Below, piece after piece: positions 15,501 to 27,256 of a stretch of 64,000 nt of DNA. Below the pieces are notes generated by a model. It was not told where the DNA came from and made no database searches. It saw only the letters and a list, made by a program, of their open reading frames with translations. Location of the stretch: contig NC_042998.1 of assembly GCF_006345805.1 (NCBI RefSeq), positions 40,052,001 to 40,116,000 of the forward strand. Direction: 5' to 3'. This stretch comes from Octopus sinensis. Lineage: Eukaryota. The position numbers and the translations under genes are program-made. Numbering within the stretch: the stretch's first letter is position 1; each line of letters opens with the position of its first letter.

Positions 15501-18006
15501 TCTACAATACACAAAATATTACATTTTTTTTTAATACAATTCCTATTAATTATAAAAATACAGTAGGATTTTTTGTTATTTACATTGAATGGCTATGAAG
15601 ATCTAATAGAGTAAAATAGGAATCAAAGAGGTCTATTGGACAAAAAAAATGGTCCACTGAGTTAGAAGTAGGTATACAAATTATCTAAGACTTTATGAAA
15701 GCAGTTCTCCTGCATGCTGAAGAAACTAGAGCTGTTACTAGTAAGACTATTCTAACCAATTTAACACATTTTATTATTATTACTATGAATGATAATATTG
15801 AACTTATTATAATATTGAATAAAGTCTCAAAAAGTCACATAATCATCATCTATAATTTCTGAAGTTCCCTTTCCTATATATGTGTAAGTCAAACGGAAAT
15901 CATTGAGGTAGAGTTTTTTGGCTAATGCCCTTCCTGTTGCAAACTGTCACCTGTTTTCAAGCAATTTCGTTCATAAAGCTTATATTTCTTATACCTGTAT
16001 CAGCTTGCACTACATGTAAGCATAGCTAAAATCCCCTTGTCTCATCATTAATGCTAAAAGTTAGTCTTTTTTACAATCACTTATACTACATTTCCAACAA
16101 ACCCAGCTAATTCTATTTTTCGTTTTTTGAGCTCTTTGCAAATCTTGGTTTATTTTAAGGCAATTTCATGAAATGTCATTATGTATTATCATTGGGAAAA
16201 CGTGTACGTACCCAATTACAGACTCTTTTGAACACTAGTTACATGGATATAATCAGCTGATCGCTTCAGACAGTTAATGAATGTATATTTGAACAAAAAA
16301 TATACTCTGTTTTTAACTGATAGCCACATGACTCTTACAGAAAGGTGTTATCTTCAACTACTTAATAGTTGTATGTAATAGGACAATAAATTTAAGTCTT
16401 TCTTTGAAATATCATGTTCAGCATTGAAATAAAGATGCTGTTAATATGGAAGTTTGTTCTCAAGTCTAGAAGTGACTGGGATGAATATTAGCATCTTGCT
16501 GTCAATGTTTAATTCATTTAACATTTCTACAACCAAATTTTTGCTTCTTAACTACAATCAGACCCCCAGCTATTATATCAGCAATCATCTGCTAATGTTT
16601 CCAAGCGTGACATCACGTGTGAAATTGTAGTAACTTATAACATCAATGAAATAAATTCTATATAATTCTATTAGCCCATAATTCAAGTTTTACTGGATCA
16701 ATTCTTATTTCTCTTTTTGTCCAACCTGTTTATAGCTGTATTATATATATATAATACAGCTATATATGTGTGTGTGTTTAAAATTAACATATATGACATA
16801 CCTGGTTTTTATAACAAGACTAGAATAATTCCAATTTCTTACATGTACAGAACCCTTAAATCCTACGAACAATTTTCAAAACATTTCTAAGCCCCTCCTT
16901 TCCGTTTACACGTTAATGTGTAGTTTAAAAGAAAAAAGCGTCTTCTTTATTTTCATTAAACTATATTCAACTTTGACCTGACATGAAACGTTTTGAAGGC
17001 AGGAAAATAGGATATATCTTGTTTAAAATGATTTTTCATAGGTCACAGATCCTACTCACATACACACGGAGAAAAAAGGCAACAAGATCAACATCTAACG
17101 TGATGTCAGGGATATTTTTTCGTTTCCTCACTTTCGATTTTCAACAATCTTTGTAATTACAAATTAATGCGTGTGTGTATGGGAGACTTGTAAAATGAGA
17201 TATGCATAATTGAACCAGACTAAAATCTATCTCTAGAGATATAAAGATAAACAGAAAAGGCATGAAGAGAAAGGCAAAATAAACATGACAATCAGTAAAG
17301 TTAGTATGATTTTCACTTCAAAAGTGAATTTTACAAAATTAATGGTACTTCTGAAAAATTGTTTAATGTGTTATATATATATAAAATTTGTATATATATA
17401 TAAATTTGTATATATATAAAACATGAACAGCAATGTACAACTAGCATAATAATAGTTTTAAGAGAAAACAAACAATTGTAGCAGTCGTGATCGTTCCGAT
17501 GAGGAGATTGAGGGTCAATGAAGTTAGCAGCATACAGGGAAAAGAATCTGTTTCCATCTCAACTTCAATATTATTGTTTATATGGTATGATGATAAAAAG
17601 CAACTTTCTCACGCGTTTGTCTACTTAAATAAATGCTCTTAGAAAAAACAAACAAACAAACAATTAAAATAAGTTAATGAACAACGTCGAAAATTGAATG
17701 AAAAAACTGGCGAATTTATTATATTATGACGATTGAAGAGGCAGGGTTAGAAAAGAGGCAACTTGACTAGCTTTTATCAACAACGTATTTACTTTACACT
17801 ACAATAGATAGGATAAAAACAAACAAACAATAGAATAGGTTTCAGACCGAAATATCAACAGATCAAGAATTATATATACAAAATCATCAGCTATAGTTTA
17901 AATTCTGTAAATGTCAAAAATACATGTTCAGTAGAGTGAGCGTGGTTTTCACATTAAAAGCGAATTTTACAAAATTAATGACAGTTCTGAAAAATTGTTT
18001 AACGTT

Positions 18007-18060
<54 letters not shown>

Positions 18061-18739
18061 GCACATACTAGACAAATCCTCACGTTAATGAATCCGTCGA
18101 ATTTTGCGATGAGATTCTTTCACACCTTTCTATGAAATCTATCCAAAATATCGAAAGGATTACTCATAATGAAAAAAAGCGACAATACATTCTGATCGGG
18201 AAATAATAATTGGAATAAATTAACTATATAAAGGGGTTGTGAGTCAAGTTGTGTCATTCCTATTGCTAAATTGTTTATAAAAAAGACTTCGGAATTCGTC
18301 AGCAGTGATTACGACAGTGGCGGGATACTACTATCTTCCCGAAAGGGGGATGTGTAACGAATAACAAAACTTCGTAATACAAAATGAGGAAAATGACTTT
18401 TGAGGCTATTTCAAGGATACGTTTTTTTTTTTTTTCTTTTTTAAGGAATACACAGTAAATTTACCATCATAATTAGCAGCTCTTGTGATGCGCACAGAAG
18501 CTCGAACATATACGCAGAACGTGGTATCATAAAAAAATATAACACATACATGTAGTAACTTGAGAAAGCGTAGGGTGATGCAGGTAGACATTTAAGTATA
18601 TAATAAGATTTATAGCCATTCCTTAGTGAATATAACTTACCCTCCATAGAGATTGTTTCCGCCTCGCTTTGTTGTTGTCATATGAACTATCATAGTTTAT
18701 GTCGACAGCAAAATTCTCCTTGGCATACGCGCTGCTCAT
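2152..18739 (-). CDS. MAN1B1: ER mannosyl-oligosaccharide 1,2-alpha-mannosidase (GH47), 5' part of gene: coding exons 18641-18739, 5385-5627, 2348-2422, 2152-2224; continues beyond left edge of window
   Basis: Manual splice gives MSSAYAKENFAVDINYDSSYDNNKARRKQSLWR|MWKRLSQMQRSVIVLVLLLGVLSALYIIP...VNEIQ|RAQQQMPIQRGGEQIVLQPPEVPLK|FDSHQEKQIHRPAEGKRIPEAAFR. All introns are GT-AG with consistent phases. The SYDNNKARRKQSLWRMWKRLSQMQR + TM segment matches the N-terminus of human MAN1B1 as I recall it ([33 protein letters not shown]). Catalytic domain is not in the window. Confidence 0.85.
2348..2422 (-). CDS. MAN1B1: MAN1B1-like coding exon 3 (25 codons, stem region)
   Basis: Acceptor tttcttttttacAG, donor AAG|GTAATA, 75 nt open in phase 0. 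Confidence 0.75.
2815..2890. repeat. (TG)n/(TA)n microsatellite
   Basis: Direct reading. Confidence 0.95.
3574..4532 (+). mobile_element. Solo-LTR-like element in MAN1B1 intron 2
   Basis: Starts TGTAGCG and ends TTACA; CCAAT/ATTGG boxes, TATA-like tttaaata (about 3790), AATAAA (about 4415). Shares start and the cagacctt.taaggtct..actgaccac motif with the PBS-bearing element at 33.9-35.5 kb. No convincing TSD. Confidence 0.55.
5385..5627 (-). CDS. MAN1B1: MAN1B1-like coding exon 2 (81 codons, type II transmembrane anchor + coiled-coil-like stem)
   Basis: Acceptor ttcttcacctacAG, donor CAG|GTAAGT, 243 nt, phase 0-0. Confidence 0.88.
6190..6385 (-). mobile_element. RTE-clade LINE 3' end fragment
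   Basis: ORF 6238-6450 encodes IKKCRSLKVDGTHGRGRPKKTWDKVLKDDL, the typical RTE ORF2 C-terminus. Confidence 0.75.
6448..7320 (+). mobile_element. Tc1/mariner (D37D, maT-type) transposon, internally deleted fossil
   Basis: ORF 6676-7197 carries WQKDSAPCH...SPHCNPLDYYVW with 37 residues between the last two Asp. ORF 6549-6755 is an N-terminal HTH start. Degenerate 26-bp inverted ends (caaggagtgatgggtaaattgtcacc vs revcomp caggatgcagtgaataaactgtcatc); right end followed by TA. Confidence 0.85.
9543..11298 (-). mobile_element. Tigger/pogo DNA transposon fossil (TIGD1-like DDE_1 transposase, frameshifted, N-terminus deleted)
   Basis: ORFs 10713-11093, 10651-10863, 10505-10780 and 9962-10222 give MPGHKP..KLTL..N..GDLKIK, KALLIFDNAPAYP, NTTPILQHMDQQVISNFKKLY. 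Inverted ends TA|cagtgataccttgcagtac and gtactgcaaggttctattg|TA. Confidence 0.88.
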
Positions 18740-18850
18740 CGTCGAGCGACTCACTAACAGCCGGCTACACTATTTACTTGCTCTTGTTTTCACTCTTGTT
18801 TTCACATGTAGTATCCGCAAGAGGGCGTCCCACAAAGTACTGATTAAATT
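17450..18850 (-). promoter_or_regulatory. CpG-enriched promoter / first-exon region of MAN1B1-like gene
   Basis: Visible CpG enrichment against a CpG-poor background around and downstream of the ATG exon; 12-bp direct repeat ctcttgttttca x2 at about 18781-18804; boundaries approximate. Confidence 0.6.
18641..18739 (-). CDS. MAN1B1: MAN1B1-like coding exon 1 (33 codons, cytoplasmic tail)
   Basis: ATG at 18739 in a CpG-rich zone; ends TGG AGG|GTAAGT (phase 0), in frame with next exon. Confidence 0.85.
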
Positions 18851-18950
18851 TTTTTTTGCCTTATTCACATTGATCAAAATCAATATAGCAGGTATCTCAT
18901 AAGTTAGACAGCTTTTGTTAATACATTAATGCTTAAATTCAGTCTTAAGG

Positions 18951-18952
<2 letters not shown>

Positions 18953-18999
<47 letters not shown>

Positions 19000-19008
19000 G
19001 TATGTGTG

Positions 19009-19087
<79 letters not shown>

Positions 19088-19120
19088 ATGTATATATATA
19101 TATATGTATATATATACACA
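18953..19120. repeat. Compound (CA)n-(TA)n-(TG)n microsatellite upstream of MAN1B1
   Basis: Direct reading. Confidence 0.95.
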
Positions 19121-19275
19121 AACATTGAAAGACACAAACAAAAAGTAAACATATGGACAAGTTTATATCTTCTAAACAGCAAATATCCAAGATTGACTTC
19201 AAAAACCTATGACATGTAAAAGAAAAATTCCTACAAAAACAAGAAAAAGGCCAACAATAATAAAAAGCTTCCAAA

Positions 19276-21868
19276 TGGGCTTGCCAAACGTATTTTCATG
19301 AAAGTACCAGATTTAGCAAAATAAAAGTACCAAATTTTGCTAAAAAAATACAAAAATTTAAATTTATAATACTTAGCCTATAAATCTGTTGAAAAGTATT
19401 ATATATATTATTCATACTGTACAGGGCTTTATTTTAAAGTGACTACACATATTTAATGTACTTAAACGTTGCATCATCAACTGGGTGAAGTTCCTTTTTG
19501 TACCAATGCTCTTGTCCTTCTTTTAATTTAGCACAAAGCTCTGCATTGGGTGTATAAGTCATGCAGTTTACATCATGAAAAAGATGTTTTGAATGTAGCA
19601 GAGCATTGGTTGTTTGGGTATGCCGTTTAGACCTGTTCTTGACTTTAATGTTATTTAGGACTGAAAATATTTTCTTGGTTGCAGCTGAAGAATGTGGCAA
19701 TGATAGGAGCTGAAACAAAAAGCATGATCAGACTGGATAACAAGCTTCATCTCCACATTTTTCCTAAGAAATTTTATACCAATAATCTTCTGGTTTGGTA
19801 GCTTCTGTTATATCATTGTTATCTTGAAGTTTAAGTTCTCTCCATTCTTTATTAAGAGCTTTAATCTGACTCTCCTGAACAATGTTTTGAAATTTGCGTG
19901 CCAGAGGAACAATTGAACTTGGACCAATGCAATCACAAATACTAACTGGGTCTAGTGGCGCTAGAAGTTTCAGATTACAGAAGAAATCACGTGCAAAGAA
20001 GAGCTGAAAAAATTCCTCCCCAAGGTGCACATAAAAAATTTGATGTTTCACATGAAATTTTTTCAGTTCCATTGTACTAACAGATGAAGCTTTCTTTATG
20101 TAGATGCTTTCAACTTTTGCTCCTCTGTAAATTTCAGTTATGAGAAGATACACTGATGGATCTTTGATGTTAATTTCATGTAGCTCTTTATTTTTCACAA
20201 TTTCTTTTTTAACAAAATTGCCAAATATTCCCTTAACAGTACATGTAACAGATTTGTGCAGTTTGTGCATTCCATAGCTTTTTGATTGGAAATCTAAGTT
20301 CAACTTAATAATATCTGGCAAAATATATGCTAAAAATGCATAATACATCTCTGTGATTGGATTTGTTAATGAGTTCAGCACATTTGAAGCTGCACTGTTG
20401 TTATTTTTAATAGCAGCAGTAGTAAAGAATAACACAAGAGCAGGCCATTGTTCTAGTATTCTTTTGACAACTTGTTCAACTTGCATGTAATAATTTATGA
20501 GGATTTGTTTGAGTAAATGCCTGAGATTCTTCATATACCTGCAGTCTCTTTGGGCTATTTGTGAGGAATGAATATATGCTTCTATCAAGTTCTTCTAATT
20601 ATGAAGGTAATTCTGAACATGCCTTTGATGCACAAATATGCATAGAGTGACAAACACAACTCTGAATGAAGAGCAAGGGAACTTTGTTCTTCAGTAGTGC
20701 CTGCAGACCTCCCTTCTGTCACATCATTACACTAGCACTATCACTGGCAAATCCTATCAAATTTTCAAAAGGAATATCATGTAAGATGAAGTATCTTTCA
20801 ATAGAGGTAAAAATTCCATAAGCAGAGCAATCCTTGGCTTCCAAGGGAATTAAATGACTATCAATAATTTTTTGAGTGCTACAATCATAAAATCTAGCTA
20901 ACAGAACCAGCTGGGGTTTTTTTTTGTGCTAACATCAGTAGTTTCATCAACAATTAATGAAAGCTTGCACTCTTTTAACTGTTTAATGAGGTTTTCAAAG
21001 TAATAAGGGCCTAAAATATATTTATATTTTTGAGTAGCTTTGGTTCTTGTACATTTAATATCTTTAGCTATTTTGGAATCAGGACAGGTAAATGATCCAT
21101 AAATCTCACAGGTAAATTATGTTCTGCAATGATAGAACAAAGCTTAAGCTCCTCAGCTGTTACATTTGTAATATGAACAGAAGTTGTAGGCTGCAAAATG
21201 TTGGTCAGTTTTCCACTTTTATTTTCTGAATTAACATTTTTAATATTTTTGTCCGTTTTTCTGTGCCTCTCCAGATGAGTTACATTGCCTTGAATTTCAC
21301 AATGCCAAAATTTACAGTATGCTCTTTCAATATTTGTTTTACTTGATTCTAACCATAATGAAAATCGAGAATCCAATAAAAGTTTGTTTGATAATTTATG
21401 ATTATATTGTTTAATTCTTTCCTTCAGAGGAGTTAAACCCAAGTCAATTTCATCATTTTATCTTTCACATTCTTGCTCATCATGTGAGTTACAAAACCAC
21501 TGGTAATTGATAAAAGTTTAATGAGATAGTAAAGAAGCACCTGTCACTTATGTATAAAACATGCCACTGACTGGCATTAGAGGCGGCAAGCTGGTGATAT
21601 TGGATGATGTGTATGATACACATATTGAATATGTTCTACGCCAATTAGCTACCAACTAGCTATAAACTGCCTTGATATAAAATGTTGCAAAATATATTTT
21701 TATATAAAATAGTTAGTCCAATAGTAATGTAATGTATTTATTGTTCATTTACATATGCTGTAAACTTGAAAAAATTTGAAAAGGTACCAAATTATTGCAG
21801 CATAGTACCAAAAGTATTACTGCAAAAGTACCAAATTTAGTCCAATAGTACCATGTTCAGCAAGCTTG
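19276..21868 (-). mobile_element. hAT-superfamily DNA transposon, near full length, transposase broken into several frames
   Basis: Perfect 8-bp TSD cttccaaa (19268-19275 and 21869-21876); 17-bp imperfect TIRs; subterminal agtacca repeats at both ends. ORFs: 21068-21442 (zinc-finger-like AYCKF...HLERH), 19764-20588, and 19443-19718 (hAT dimerisation motif LLSLPHSSA..KKIFSVLNNIK). Confidence 0.9.
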
Positions 21869-22573
21869 CTTCCAAAGTGATGATAAATCATCAATTAATT
21901 AATAATGGTTTCATATTTTGGCACAAGGCAGCAATTTCAGGGAGGGGATAAGTCAGTTACATTGACTCCAGTGTTCAACTGGTATTTATTTTATCAATCC
22001 TGAAAGGATGAAAAGCAAAGTTGATCGTGGCAGAATTTGAACTCGGAACATAAAAAGATGGATGAAATGCCACTAAGCATTTTGCCCAGATGCTAACAAT
22101 TCTACCAGCCCACTCCCTTATCATCAATTAATAATCCTTTCTACTAAAGGCTCAAGGCCTGAAATTTGGACACAGAGGACTAGTCTGCAACTGGTATTTA
22201 TTTCATCCACCCTGAAAGGATGAAAGGCAAAGTCAATCTTGGCAGAATTTGAACTCAGACCATAAAGATGGACAAAATACCTATACGCATTTTGTCCAGC
22301 ATGCTAATGATTCTGCCAGCTCACTGTCATATCATTAATAAATAATGATCACAGATTTGTTGCTATTTTTCCCTGGTGGCAAAGAGGAAGGAAGCTTTCA
22401 TGCTTGTTATAGAATGGACTGCTACAGTCTCTCAAAAACTAGGTGGAAGATTAAATCTACCACCCAAGTAAAAATCATTTTGATTTTTGGCTGTATTACC
22501 ACAATCTATAAAAAGACAATCATAGTTACACTGTTCTGCTATTGTATCAAAGTAACACCATACATTAAGTCAC

Positions 22574-22627
22574 CTGGTTTTAACTTGAGATTTATTGATT
22601 GTCATGGCAACACCGAGTCTAGATATT
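22574..22627 (-). mobile_element. Possible Helitron (PIF1-like helicase) fragment
   Basis: Reads ISRLGVAMTINKSQVKT vs Helitron helicase consensus RLAFAMTINKSQGQT; flanks do not extend the match. Confidence 0.4.
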
Positions 22628-24729
22628 CTGAAAAATGAATCAATTATATCCAGAAAATTTTCTTGACATGATTGTAACATCTTGGACATGGGACATCATA
22701 GGTCTGATGGTGACTTTTGGGTTTGACGAGGGTTTGGTTGCTATTTCTTGCAGTCTAGCTTTCATACAGTATTCTGTGATAATTTAAAAGACCTTATCAA
22801 AATTTATAGGTATTTCTATACATGCAATAAAGATGGATGGTCACTGCACTTGTAGCATTAAGTATGTGCATATATATGCATTGTTGAATATACCAATGAG
22901 TGTCATCTGTTAATCTCATAATCTTTATCCATGTTTATAAAGAGACATATATAAACTTGCACATGGGCAGAGAAATCAATATGTGTGTGTGTGAACATAT
23001 AAAAATATAACTAGTGGCTGTGTGGTTAGAAGTTTGCTTCCTAACCACATCCTTCCAGGTTCAGTCCCACTACATGGCACCTCGGGCAAATGCCTTCTAC
23101 TATAGTCTCAGGTTGACCAAAACTTTGTAAGTGGATCTGAAAAGCAGAAACTAAAATAAGCCCATGTGTGTGTGTGCATGTGCGTGCGTGCACATGTGTG
23201 TGTCTTTGACTCTGTGTTTGTCTCCCATCACCACTTGACAACCAGTATTGGTTTGTTTATGTTACCATAACTTAGTGGTTAGGCAAAAGCAACTGATAGA
23301 CTAAGTACCAGGCTTTAAAAAACTAAGTCCTGGGGTTGATTCATTTGACTAAAAATTCTTCAGCATGGCTGCAGTCTAATGACCAAAACAGATTAAAGAT
23401 AAAAGATATAAATCAGAATTAAAAAAATAATGATAAATTTCCTTATTGTTAAGGTGTATATATGAAACACAAAGAATTTGTATCTGAATTTGGTTGAAGC
23501 CATGTGCTAAAGGTTAGATCTATAACTAAGGTCAAACCATGATACACCAAATATTCACACATAGTATATAGGTGTGGCTATGTGGATAAGAAGTTTGTTT
23601 TGAATTCAGTCACCTTGAGCAAGTGTCTTTACTATAGTCCCAGGTTAACCAAAGGCTTCTGAATGGATTTGATTGTAAAAAAAACTGGAAGGACCCCCTT
23701 GTGTGTGATTGTATGTGCATGTGTGTATGTGTGTGATTGTATGTGTGTATGAGTGTTTGTGTCTCCTTGTCTTGGTAGTGCATAGTAGTGTCTTTCTCAT
23801 GACAAGCAGTGGTCATTCATTTCCAATATTCTTCAAAAACATATCTGACCATGGGGAAATATTACTTTACTTGAAAACAAGCAAAGGTCAGCAACAAGAA
23901 TGGTACTCAGCCATAGAAAATCTGCTTCAATAAACTGATGATGAGTTAGGATGTGCTGTGTTAAGTAGTCACCTGCATCAAATTATTCCCAGAGTTCTTA
24001 TGACTCTCACACATGGATTTCAGCAACAATGATTGATTTCCATTTTTTTTCTTTTTGCTGCTTTCATGGATTCCCAGGACTCTCTGTCACCATCCAATAC
24101 CACCATTATGAATTTGGAGCTTGAGCTATAGTAAATATTTCATTAGCTGATGGATGCCACCCCTATGGATTCTTTGCAGTTACTCTCTTGATAGAGCTTG
24201 GTGATCTTAACTGTTGATCTCCTAGGATCCTTCTGCTCAGCATCAATCTAAGAAGCACCATTGATGTAATTGAGCTCTTCTTGTGCCTCTTCCCAATCTG
24301 CTATGCTGCAGTCTCATGACTTCACCATACTCCAGGTAGGCTGGCTAAATGGGCCCTATGCCTTGCCAAAGAGCAGCACATAACTATGCTAGGCATGGTC
24401 ATCACTCTGTGAGGTCATCATCGTCATCGTCATCATCATCGTTTAACGTCTACTTTCCATACTAGCATGGGTTGGACGGTTCAGCCAGGGAAGCCAGGAG
24501 GCTGCACCAGGCCCTATCTGATCTGGCAGTGTTTCTACAGCTGTATGCCTTTCCTAACACCAACCACTCCGTGAGTGTAGTGGGTGCTTTTTACGTGCCA
24601 CCAGCACAGGTGCCTGGCGAGGCTGGCAACGGCCACGATGAGTTGGTGATTTTTACCTTGCCACCGGCACAGAGGCCAGTTGAGGCGGTACTGGCAACAG
24701 CCACATTCGGATGGTTCTTTCAAATCCAC

Positions 24730-25290
24730 ATACCCATCTCTACTTACTGCAACTTAAAATTTCTCCACCTGATTTTCTCTTTAGATCCAAGAAATACTTT
24801 AGTCCCTATCAGCTGCTGATCATCTGGAAAACTAAAACAAGACCTATGTTGGAATACTTCTCATATCAGTAGTAACCAAATTACCCTCTACTCATACTCT
24901 ACTGCTGCAGCTACACACACAAACAATCTGAATCACATTTTAAAGAAGGTCATCAAACTGATGGGTAAAGATCCAATCACAAGCAGGCTTCAACTGTTGA
25001 CTCACAGATTCCCTATTTCTTCTCTCTGCCTCTTCTACAATAGCTTCTGTTCCTCTGAAGTAACAAGCAGCAAAAATTCACCCCATTCCACACCTTTGCA
25101 TTCCACTCATCTCTCTTCCACCTGTCACCTCTATTGTCCCTTTCTCCCCATCTCTGCACTAAACACTTTTATGTGTCTTTCCTCATCAGAACAATAACCT
25201 TCTGGAATTCTCTCTCTCTGATCTATTTTTATTATTGATGTTCAACCTGAACAGCACCAGTTACATCAAAGCTCATGGGAACCACCCATT
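24730..25290 (+). mobile_element. CR1/Jockey-like LINE 3' fragment
   Basis: ORF 24961-25197 LLTHRFPISSLCLFYNSFCSSEV resembles the L.HRR.VASLSLFYRY..G.CSSEL motif; degenerate. Confidence 0.5.
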
Positions 25291-27080
25291 CTCTTCAGAT
25301 TTATAAAAAAATTAAATAAACAAAGGGAGCCACTGTTATATTCATGTCCCACTACATTCCACCTTAGTCAGAAAATCTTTGTTATTGTTTTTATTGTTCT
25401 TGTTTAGCTCAAGATGAAGCCTGCTCAAACTTGTGATTAATGGTATCTTAATCATGACCATCCTGTCTGTTTGTATATCAGGTTTTATATAATCCAACAC
25501 CTTTATTGAAGAAAATAGAGTGTGATTTGATGATTTTTAGCTGCTATTCTAACAGTTAAGTTGATTGACCATGTTCAAGTTCCTTCAATAACTTGTCATT
25601 CAAACAGTAAGATTTAAAGCAGAGATAAAATTGAAGGCAACACACAGAGACTATACAGAGGACACAGTAACAGCAGATTTCAAAGTTAAGGATAAAGAGA
25701 ACTATAAATAAAAACAAGAATACTATGAAAAGAAATCGCTATAGAGGAAGTATTTAAAAATAAATGACAAATCTAATTGTGACATTTTTAATACCCACAG
25801 GCAGTTGACCTGTTAGAAATCAAACATAAAAATATGAAACATAATTTTAGATCAAAATACAATTAAAAATAGATGTGGTGGTGTGATAAGAAGCTTGCTT
25901 CCCAACCACATGAGTCTGGGTTCAGTCTCACTGCATGGCACCTTGGGCAAGTGTCTTCTACTATAGTTTCAGGCTGACCAGAGCCTTGTAAGTGGATTTT
26001 GTGGAAGGAAAATGGAAGAAGCCCGTTGTATATTCTTTTAGTCGAACAAATCAACCCCAGGATTTATTCTTTGTAAGCCTAGTACTTATTCTATCAATCT
26101 CTTTTGCTGAACCACTAAGTTATGTAATGTAAACACGCCAACATCGGTTGTTAAGCGATGGTGGGGGGACAAATACAGACACACAAACATATACATACAT
26201 ACATGCATTGCAATTCTTAGCATTTATGTATTAACTTTACTGGGTGCTTTACTGGCAGTATATTGGATATATGTTATCCCATAGAGGGTTACACTCACAC
26301 AACCCCTATCTCACTTTGTAATTATATATATATATATATATATTTACACACATATATATACGACGGGCTTCTTTCAGTTTCTGTCTACCAAATCCACTCA
26401 CAAGGCTTTGGTCAGCCCAAGGCTATAGTAGAAGACACTTGCCCAAGGTGCCAGGCAGTGGGACTGAACCTGGAACCATGTGATTGGTAAGCAAACTACT
26501 TACCACGCAGCCACTCCTGCACCTATGCATATCTATGTGTGTGTGTGTCTTTCTGTCTGTGTTTGTCCTCCCATCATCACTTGACAACCGGTGTTGGTGT
26601 GTTTGCGCCCCTATATATTAGTAACTCAGCAAAAGAGACAGATAGAATAAGTACCAAGCTTAAAATATAAGTACTAGGGGCGTTTCATTTGAGTAATAAT
26701 TCTAGGCAGTGCCCTAGCATGGTTGCAGTCTAATGACTGAAACAAGTAAAATACAAAAAAAAAAAAACCCCAAAAACAGATAAAAGAATGCAAGGAAATT
26801 CAACTTTGCTGTTAAATTATGACTGATACAATTCTTAAGAACTTAAAAATTTTAAAAATTATTGGTAGCAGTTTGAGGTATTTATTCCTAGTACAGATTT
26901 TTCTTATGATGAGTATGTGCTTGTGCTAGGCCCCTGTTATTTACATAAAGTGGGTGGACTGCTATTTTAATGTAGCACATTTTATGGATGATAAGGAATT
27001 TATTAGATTTGTCAATTAAACTTAGGAGGTGACTCATTCACCAATTGACAATACTGAAAGTACATGACAGTCCAGATATT

Positions 27081-27212
27081 CCTCCTCCTCCTCCTCCTCC
27101 TGCTGCCCCTCCCCTCCTCCTCCTCCAGCTGCCCCTCCCCTCCCCCTCCTCTATTGTCGTCATTGTCATCTTCATTGTAATTGTCATCATCACCATCATT
27201 ACCATCATCATT

Positions 27213-27254
<42 letters not shown>
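27081..27254. repeat. (CCT)n and (ATC)n trinucleotide repeats
   Basis: Direct reading; source of the poly-D/M/I ORFs in the track. Confidence 0.95.

Positions 27255-27256
<2 letters not shown>

Noticed and set aside
18641-18681. Alternative first exon starting ATG at 18681 (MTTTKRGGNNLYGG)
   Set aside because: Ends in phase 2 and cannot join the phase-0 exon at 5627; the frame from ATG 18739 joins and restores MAN1B1 similarity
18904-19274. Many track ORFs rich in [12 protein letters not shown] (also 2813-3061, 8894-9257, 29210-29712, 41684-41968, 57312-57645)
   Set aside because: Translations of (TA)n/(CA)n/(TACA)n microsatellites; no splice signals or domain content
22432-22627. Spliced frame with in-frame TGA (YLDSVLP*QSINLKLKP|DCGN...) as a selenoprotein
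   Set aside because: No resemblance to a known selenoprotein, no SECIS recognised, no upstream exons found
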